Source of the DNA: Coprobacillaceae bacterium
GTDB lineage: Bacteria; Bacillota_I; Bacilli_A; Erysipelotrichales; Coprobacillaceae
NCBI GenBank assembly: GCA_963675915.1
Contig: OY780959.1
Location: forward strand, 210,001-242,000
Direction: 5' to 3'
DNA: 32,000 bases
Shown here one piece after another: positions 26,871 to 32,000 of this stretch. A model generated the notes under the pieces. It made no database searches, was not told the origin of the DNA, and saw nothing but the letters and a program-made list of their open reading frames with translations. Both the position numbers and the translations under genes were made by a program. Position 1 is the first letter of the stretch. The number at the start of each line of letters is the position of its first letter.

Positions 26871-26902
26871 ACAAAAAAGTTCTTAGTGTTTGGGATTATT
26901 TA

Positions 26903-26911
26903 TGTTATAAT
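26903..26911 (+). promoter_or_regulatory. Extended -10 element (TGTTATAAT) upstream of the GNAT gene
   Basis: TGTTATAAT lies 24 nt upstream of ATG 26935. Confidence 0.45.
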
Positions 26912-26934
26912 GCAATCCATGTGAGGTTTTAAAA

Positions 26935-27693
26935 ATGATAACAAGATGTAGTGAAAAAAATAGAAAAGACATCCTGGATTATGTATATCAGGACAGCATA
27001 ATGAACTTATTTATTATTGGTGATATTGAAACATTTGGATTTGATGATCAGAACCAAACTGTTTTTATCGATAAGGAACTCAATGAAATCAAGACTGTTT
27101 ACCTAGTTTATCGAACCAACCTGGTTATCGGATCATTGTCAAAAACCGTTGATCAGGCTTTTGTGGAAAAGCTGATTGTCGAATATGATCTGACGGATAT
27201 CAATGGGGACCTTGAGATAATCTCTCAACTAAATCTGGAAGATTTCAACCTTGAGGTTTGCAAGATTGCATCCTTGAGTGAAATGAATCCTGTTGCCAAT
27301 AATCAGGCGCAACTCCTTGAAGAAAATGATATTCCGAAATTTGTCGAGGCAACCAAATTGGTTTTTGACCGTGAAATCGATCTAGAAAAAACTATTGGGG
27401 ATTTTAGAGCCGGAACCGAACACTTCTATGGCTGCAAAGTCGATGGCAAATTGGTTTCCGGAGCTAGATCAAGTGCCGAGAGCCAAAAAGCCGCAATGAT
27501 CATCGGTGTCTATACCCTTGAAGAGTATCGCCGCAACGGTTACGGTTTTGCCACAGTTGCCAGATTGTGCCAGGACTTTATCGATCAGAATAAGTCGGTA
27601 TGTCTGTTTTTTTCAAATCCCGACGCAGCAAAAATGTATCATAAACTGGGATTTGTCGATTACGGTGACTATGGTCTGATGCGTAGAAAATAA
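26935..27693 (+). CDS. GNAT-family N-acetyltransferase (two-domain)
   Basis: The C-terminal half has the acetyl-CoA motif A (IIGVYTLEEYRRNGYGFATVARL) and motif B (FFSNPDAAKMYHKLGF). The N-terminal ~130 aa are unassigned. Confidence 0.75.
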   Translation: MITRCSEKNRKDILDYVYQDSIMNLFIIGDIETFGFDDQNQTVFIDKELNEIKTVYLVYRTNLVIGSLSKTVDQAFVEKLIVEYDLTDINGDLEIISQLNLEDFNLEVCKIASLSEMNPVANNQAQLLEENDIPKFVEATKLVFDREIDLEKTIGDFRAGTEHFYGCKVDGKLVSGARSSAESQKAAMIIGVYTLEEYRRNGYGFATVARLCQDFIDQNKSVCLFFSNPDAAKMYHKLGFVDYGDYGLMRRK

Positions 27694-27713
27694 AGCGAGA
27701 AATCGCTTTTTTT
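27692..27713 (+). terminator. Rho-independent terminator after the GNAT gene
   Basis: AAAGCGA-gaaa-TCGCTTT overlaps the stop codon, followed by a T run. Confidence 0.7.
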
Positions 27714-28183
27714 ATTTACGATAAATTGAGTAGTGATAGTGTAATAAATTACTGTTTATGGGTAAAATGTAATTTTATGCAACTTATAGCAAGTTACTCG
27801 CCATGGTTACTACTTAGTTTCCTAAAATGAACAAGGATACAGTTGAGGCTAAAATATGTTGTGATGAATGATTTGAGTTGATTAAGTAAACTTACTGTGT
27901 TATAATAACCACAAGGTATCCAGTTATGGTGCTTTCATATGTGTCTTATAATTGAAAATGACGATAATCTGTATTTTATTTACCATATAACTTGGTTAAA
28001 AAGCCACTTTAGAGTTATATGATACAGGGAATTGGAAAATGGTTAAAATTATTATTAATTTGCTTGCATTTTGAATTAGTATACTGTAGTATTGACATGT
28101 GGTAAATAAATCTATAAAAAACATATTATGAGCAAAATGTGTTTTTTATCAAACCCCAATTAAATTTGAAAAGGATGAAAAAA

Positions 28184-28753
28184 ATGGACAGAAGAACGAT
28201 TAAAACAAAAAGAGCAATCAAACATGCTTTGATTCAGTTAATGACTGAAAAAGACGTATCAAAAATCACGGTAAAGGAACTGGCTGAAACAGCTGACATT
28301 TCCCGTAAAACATTTTATGTACACTACGGACAATTTATCGATGTATTGAGTGAAATCGATGATGACATCTTCACTCGTTTACATGCTGAACTGGCTGAAG
28401 AGAAATGGAATGAAGGACGCCCTGATTTCGCAGTATTATTCAAACACTTGAACAATATCATTCAAGAGGATGAACAATTCTTTAAACTGTTGGTAGGATC
28501 AAGCTATTGCAACACTTTAAGTGCTCATATTCAAAAGTTGTTGGAAGAAGAAATTGCTTCTGCATTGCAGAACAATATCACAGTTGCACCGGAATTATTC
28601 GCATTATCAATCGAATACATTTCAGCAGGTGCTACTAGTCTGATCATCGAATGGTTGAGATCAGATTCAAAAGTTACTGCTGAAGAAGTTACTGATTGTA
28701 TCGCAGGAATCATGTCAAATGGTTTCTATGCTTACATCAACTCTGAAGCGTAA
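28184..28753 (+). CDS. TetR/AcrR-family transcriptional regulator
   Basis: The N-terminal HTH pattern RRTIKTKRAIKHALIQLMTEKDVSKITVKELAETADISRKTFYVHY is classic TetR. AAAGGA lies 8 nt before ATG 28184; ATG 28175 is an alternative start. Confidence 0.85.
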   Translation: MDRRTIKTKRAIKHALIQLMTEKDVSKITVKELAETADISRKTFYVHYGQFIDVLSEIDDDIFTRLHAELAEEKWNEGRPDFAVLFKHLNNIIQEDEQFFKLLVGSSYCNTLSAHIQKLLEEEIASALQNNITVAPELFALSIEYISAGATSLIIEWLRSDSKVTAEEVTDCIAGIMSNGFYAYINSEA

Positions 28754-28768
28754 ACAAAATCCCCAAAA

Positions 28769-28798
28769 GAAATCGGAAATTTCCGGTTTCTTTTTTTT
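28769..28798 (+). terminator. Rho-independent terminator after the TetR gene
   Basis: GAAATCGG / CCGGTTTC stem (one G-U pair) followed by T8. Confidence 0.75.
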
Positions 28799-29065
28799 GT
28801 CGGGCGATACTTTGGTACTATGGAGTCTCTGGATTAACCGCCGTAAATTAATCTCATTTTCCTATGTTTTTACACCTATTAGAGTGTATAAATCTGAGTT
28901 GTTTGCAAACGGGGAAACGGTTATTATTTTGATGTTATTTCAGGACCTTCAAATCAGGGTTAAGATACCGGTTCGGTCTTGTTGATGTGTTTATGATCTC
29001 GGGGTGGAAATTGAGCCCCGGTAAATCAGATTAGTTAGCCAATATACCATTTAAGGAGAAAAATT

Positions 29066-29305
29066 GTGGTCGGAATCGTCGCAGCTTTGTTAACAACATT
29101 TTCATTTTTGCCTCAGGCAATTCAAGTAATCAAAACGAAAGATACTTCAGGTATTTCCCTGGGGATGTACATGATGTTTGTGGTTGGGGTGTTCTTATGG
29201 TCAATCCATGGATTTTCAATCGGGGATGTTGCTGTAATCGGGGCCAACGTTATTACTTTCTGTCTGGCTTTTGTCATCCTGTTTTTCAAAATCAAATATA
29301 AATAG
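29066..29305 (+). CDS. SemiSWEET (PQ-loop / MtN3-type) three-helix transporter
   Basis: 79 aa with 3 TM helices. The signature SFLPQAIQVIKTKDTSGISL (PQ-loop) is present. GTG start lies 7 nt after AAGGAG. Confidence 0.75.
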   Translation: MVGIVAALLTTFSFLPQAIQVIKTKDTSGISLGMYMMFVVGVFLWSIHGFSIGDVAVIGANVITFCLAFVILFFKIKYK

Positions 29306-29313
29306 ATAGTTTG

Positions 29314-29348
29314 AAACCGTTGGTCCCTTATGGGATTGGCGGTTTTTT
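29314..29348 (+). terminator. Rho-independent terminator after the SemiSWEET gene
   Basis: AAACCGTTGGTCCC / GGGATTGGCGGTTT stem (contains four G-U pairs) followed by a T run. Confidence 0.6.
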
Positions 29349-29453
29349 GCTTGAGTCGTGATTATATAAGAACCTTATTTTTGACCTGAGTTAATAATCT
29401 GCATTTTTTGTGGTTAATTGTGCAATTTAATGTCGGCACTAAACCGTTTTATG

Positions 29454-29462
29454 TGTTATAAT
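29454..29462 (+). promoter_or_regulatory. Extended -10 element (TGTTATAAT) upstream of the Sir2-like gene
   Basis: TGTTATAAT lies ~190 nt upstream of ATG 29651, implying a long 5' leader. Confidence 0.4.
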
Positions 29463-29650
29463 TGACTTATGGAACATCCTGTTTTTTTATAACTGTTTAA
29501 TCAAATCTGGTTATTTCTGGTCGAGGAAAGCATTTTTAGGCGTTGAATTCATAATAATTTCGCCAGTGATTGCTTGCCGGAATGCAAGCGACCGGATTTT
29601 GATGGTTGTATGACACGAGGTGTGAATATGAATGCAAGGAGATGGTAAAA

Positions 29651-30211
29651 ATGAAAATTATTGCATTTACCGGAGCGGGGATTTCCAAACAGAGTGGAAT
29701 CGGCACCTTTATCGAGAATCCGGGTGTGCGCGAAAAACTTTTTAGAAGCTACGCCAATGAGCATCATGAACAGTACAATGCGGTGATTAGGGGCTTGAAG
29801 GACAACATGAGCGGGGCCAGTCCCAATGAAGCTCATCTTTCCCTGGCCAAATTCGATATTCCCATCATTACGATGAATATCGACGGACTGCATAAAAAAG
29901 CCGGTAGCAATGCGCTGGAACTTCATGGCTGCCTGCCTGAAGATGATGAAATTGAAGTTGCCTGGTCACTTAAAAACAAACCGGTTCTATACGGTGATCC
30001 AGCGCCGAACTATCAAAGGGCTTACGACATGGTTTATTCGCTTTGTTCTGAAGACTATTTCATTGTGATTGGCTGTTCATGTTATACTTCGATTGCGGTT
30101 GAACTGCGCAAAGTGGCTAAAATCAAACGGGCCAACGTTATCGAAATTCAGGAAGATGCGGCTGCGAAGGTACCGGAATTACTGAAAAATTTAGTTGAAC
30201 ACAAAAATTAG
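29651..30211 (+). CDS. Minimal Sir2-family (sirtuin-like) NAD-dependent protein, 186 aa, lacking the zinc-ribbon module
   Basis: AAGGAG lies 9 nt before ATG 29651. Motifs FTGAGISKQSGIGTF, PNEAHLSLAK, ITMNIDGLH, LELHG (catalytic His) and FIVIGCSCYTS (equivalent to IGTS) are present. Only ~20 aa and one Cys separate HG from PVLYGD. Confidence 0.7.
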   Translation: MKIIAFTGAGISKQSGIGTFIENPGVREKLFRSYANEHHEQYNAVIRGLKDNMSGASPNEAHLSLAKFDIPIITMNIDGLHKKAGSNALELHGCLPEDDEIEVAWSLKNKPVLYGDPAPNYQRAYDMVYSLCSEDYFIVIGCSCYTSIAVELRKVAKIKRANVIEIQEDAAAKVPELLKNLVEHKN

Positions 30212-30240
30212 TTGACAAATAATATGATTATTAGTAATAT
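30212..30240 (+). promoter_or_regulatory. Sigma-A promoter of the T-box / DAHP synthase transcript
   Basis: TTGACA (30212-30217), 17-nt spacer, TAATAT (30235-30240). It begins immediately after the Sir2-like stop codon. Confidence 0.65.
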
Positions 30241-30246
30241 ACGTTT

Positions 30247-30490
30247 AAATACAGTGATAAGAAATAGTAATGATAACCCTTTTGTCTAGAGAGTTCTTGG
30301 TTGGTGGAAAAGAATCAGAAATTATCATGAATACATCTTTGAGTAGAACGTTGAAAACAAGTAGGCGTATCCGGTTATAACCGTTATATTATGTGAGTAT
30401 GATAGTACTTGAAGAGGTTGCCGTAGTGATGCGGTGATAAACAAAGGTGGTAACGCGATGACTCGCCCTTTATAGGGACGAGTCTTTTTT
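30247..30490 (+). promoter_or_regulatory. T-box riboswitch leader, probable tyrosine specifier (UAC)
   Basis: AGAGAG (AG bulge) and a GGTGGAA distal loop. Specifier-loop context GAA-UAC-A at 30329-30335. F-box CCGTTA. T-box sequence AAACAAAGGTGGTAACGCG (30439-30457). Terminator GACTCGCCC / GGGACGAGTC plus T6 (30460-30490). Confidence 0.8.
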
Positions 30491-30522
30491 ATTTCTAAAA
30501 AAGAGAACAGGAGAGCAGAATT

Positions 30523-31527
30523 ATGATTATCGTATTAAAATCAAAAGCAACAGCAGAAGACATTAAAATCGTCGAGGATATTGTCCGTTCAAAAGGATTG
30601 ACACCTCACGTATCGACTGGTGATGAACAAACAATTATCGGACTGGTTGGGGATACGACCAAGATCGACCCGGAAACAATCGAAGTCAATCCAATTGTTG
30701 AAAGAGTCATGCATGTATCGGTGCCATACAAACTGGCCAGCCGTCATTTCCATCCAGAAGACAGCATCATCGATGTTTCAGGTGTCAAAGTTGGTGGCGG
30801 AAACTATGCTTACATTGCCGGACCATGTTCGGTTGAAAGTGAAGAACAGGTTATTGAAATCGCCAAAGCGGCCAAAGCTGCCGGAGCAAACATGCTTCGT
30901 GGTGGGGCGTTCAAACCACGTACCAGCCCATACGCATTCCAAGGAATGGGATCAAAAGCATTGGATATTCTGGTTAAAGCCCGCGAGCTTACTGGACTTC
31001 CAATCGTAACTGAACTGATGGATGTCGACCATATTGAAGAATTCGAAGAAAAAGTGGATATGATCCAAATCGGAGCCCGCAACATGCAAAACTTCACTTT
31101 ATTAAAAGAAGTAGGGAAACGAACAACCAAACCGATCTTATTGAAAAGAGGTCTGGCTGCTACTTACCAAGAATGGATCATGTCAGCTGAATACATCATG
31201 GCCAGCGGGAACAAGAACGTCATCCTTTGTGAAAGAGGGATCCGTACTTTCGAAACTTATACAAGAAACACTTTGGATCTTCAGGCAATTCCAGTCCTGA
31301 GAAGAATGACTCACCTTCCAATCATCATCGATCCATCACATGCCGGAGGAAAATACTGGCTGGTTGAACCGATGGCTAAAGCGGCGATGATTACCGGGGC
31401 GGACGGATTGATGATCGAAGTCCACAATGATCCTGCTTGCGCACTTTGCGATGGAGCTCAATCATTGAAACCGGAAAAATTTGCGAGCCTGATGGAGAAA
31501 ATTAAAAAAATCGAAACGATTATGTAA
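30523..31527 (+). CDS. aroF: 3-deoxy-7-phosphoheptulonate (DAHP) synthase, type I-beta with N-terminal ferredoxin-like regulatory domain
   Basis: 334 aa. N-terminal ~70-aa domain (IIVLKSKATAEDIKIVEDIV...IIGLVGD). The core has GPCSVES, GAFKPRTSPY.FQG, IGARNMQNF, KRG and IDPSH motifs of KDO8PS-like DAHP synthases. Confidence 0.9.
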   Translation: MIIVLKSKATAEDIKIVEDIVRSKGLTPHVSTGDEQTIIGLVGDTTKIDPETIEVNPIVERVMHVSVPYKLASRHFHPEDSIIDVSGVKVGGGNYAYIAGPCSVESEEQVIEIAKAAKAAGANMLRGGAFKPRTSPYAFQGMGSKALDILVKARELTGLPIVTELMDVDHIEEFEEKVDMIQIGARNMQNFTLLKEVGKRTTKPILLKRGLAATYQEWIMSAEYIMASGNKNVILCERGIRTFETYTRNTLDLQAIPVLRRMTHLPIIIDPSHAGGKYWLVEPMAKAAMITGADGLMIEVHNDPACALCDGAQSLKPEKFASLMEKIKKIETIM

Positions 31528-31536
31528 TCATTTCGA
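31504..31536 (-). terminator. Terminator-like hairpin for map, embedded in the 3' ends of both convergent genes
   Basis: TCGAAACGATTA (31511-31522) / TAATCATTTCGA (31525-31536) with one mismatch, centred on the two abutting stop codons. A T7 run follows on the minus strand (A7 at 31504-31510). Confidence 0.5.
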
Positions 31537-32000
31537 TAGGATTTCAACTCCGGTAGGAGTTATCAAGATAGTATGTTCAAATTGGCAGGAAGGATAGCCG
31601 TCTTCGGTATAGACAGTCCAGTTATCGCCGGCGTCGACGAAAACTTCCTGAGAACCAAGATTGAGCATTGGTTCGATTGTAAAGACCATGCCGGGAATAA
31701 TAGTATAGGTCTTTTCGTTTGGTTTGAAATGGTACACGTAAGGGTCCTCGTGCAAAGCGAGCCCGACTCCATGTCCGGTGAATTCCCGAACCACGCTCAA
31801 ATCGTGTTCATGGGCGTATTTTTCAATCACGGCTCCGATGTCGCCAATCGTGGTTTCGTAAGGGACAATCGACTCGATGGCCAATTCCAGCGCCTCTTTG
31901 GTGTGGAATACCAGATCCTGGATGATTGGGTGAACCTCACCGATCATATAGGTTCGTGAAGCATCGCCGTAATAATCGTTGTACATGGTGGTGGCATCGA
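31528..32000 (-). CDS. map: Methionine aminopeptidase type I; N-terminal part lies beyond the window
   Basis: FTGHGVGLALHEDP, FTIEPM and QFEHTILIT are metal-ligand motifs of M24A MetAP. The frame stays open to nt 32000, so the ATG at 31986 is probably internal. Confidence 0.85.
   Translation of the reverse strand, partial: DATTMYNDYYGDASRTYMIGEVHPIIQDLVFHTKEALELAIESIVPYETTIGDIGAVIEKYAHEHDLSVVREFTGHGVGLALHEDPYVYHFKPNEKTYTIIPGMVFTIEPMLNLGSQEVFVDAGDNWTVYTEDGYPSCQFEHTILITPTGVEILSK

Noticed and set aside
27827-27871. 14-codon mini-ORF MNKDTVEAKICCDE with a Cys-Cys pair in the long intergenic region
   Set aside because: It has no Shine-Dalgarno sequence and no nearby modification or export genes. 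It is too short to support from sequence alone.
28719-28985. 88-aa ORF after the TetR gene
   Set aside because: It starts inside the TetR coding end, reads straight through the TetR terminator hairpin and T8 run, and has no RBS or recognisable domain.
29001-29012. GGGGTGGAAATT resembling the IS30 inverted-repeat core (GGGGTGGAATT), a possible solo IS end upstream of the SemiSWEET gene
   Set aside because: The match is only 11-12 nt with an indel. There is no flanking similarity to the rest of the IR and no partner end, so chance is the most likely explanation.
29549-29926. 125-aa minus-strand ORF overlapping the Sir2-like gene, and the upstream plus-strand start at 29606
   Set aside because: The plus-strand frame carries the sirtuin motifs. 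ATG 29651 has the AAGGAG RBS, whereas 29606 has none. The minus-strand ORF has no RBS or motif.
1-32000. Looked for CRISPR arrays, tRNA/rRNA genes, prophage or defence-island signatures and large inverted or direct repeats outside the IS and the esterase
   Set aside because: I saw no regularly spaced short repeats, no tRNA T-loop/acceptor patterns outside coding sequence, and no phage or defence hallmark genes. A visual scan cannot exclude small or degenerate elements.

Overview
The window looks like a chromosomal segment from a low-GC Gram-positive bacterium (Bacillota; cell-wall peptidase, sortase-type anchor, T-box and TGnTATAAT promoters point that way, but this is inference). Most of it is housekeeping. 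From left to right: a two-subunit Fe-S fumarate/tartrate hydro-lyase (5' end cut), a VanY-type D,D-carboxypeptidase, and a B12-binding radical SAM gene translationally coupled to an orphan ATP-cone protein. Next come a secreted, internally duplicated CE1-like esterase with a C-terminal anchor and an M24 Xaa-Pro aminopeptidase on the minus strand. A ten-gene V/A-type ATPase operon spans 10083-19946 and contains two tandem I-subunit paralogs. After it lie a CPA1 cation/proton antiporter and polyphosphate kinase (both minus strand), then an intact IS30-family element flanked by a 14-bp target duplication. The right end carries aroD, a GNAT acetyltransferase, a TetR regulator, a SemiSWEET transporter, a minimal Sir2-like protein, a tyrosine-type T-box leader controlling DAHP synthase, and the 3' part of methionine aminopeptidase. 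I saw no rRNA, tRNA, CRISPR array or recognisable defence island. The most unusual items are: (i) the radical SAM / ATP-cone pair; (ii) a truncated I-subunit paralog plus an extended single-hairpin c subunit in the V-ATPase operon; (iii) a Cys-rich, ferredoxin-like insertion in the IS30 transposase; and (iv) a zinc-ribbon-less Sir2. All family calls rest on motifs read by eye. No database search, covariance model or structure prediction was run, so start codons and regulatory elements are approximate.
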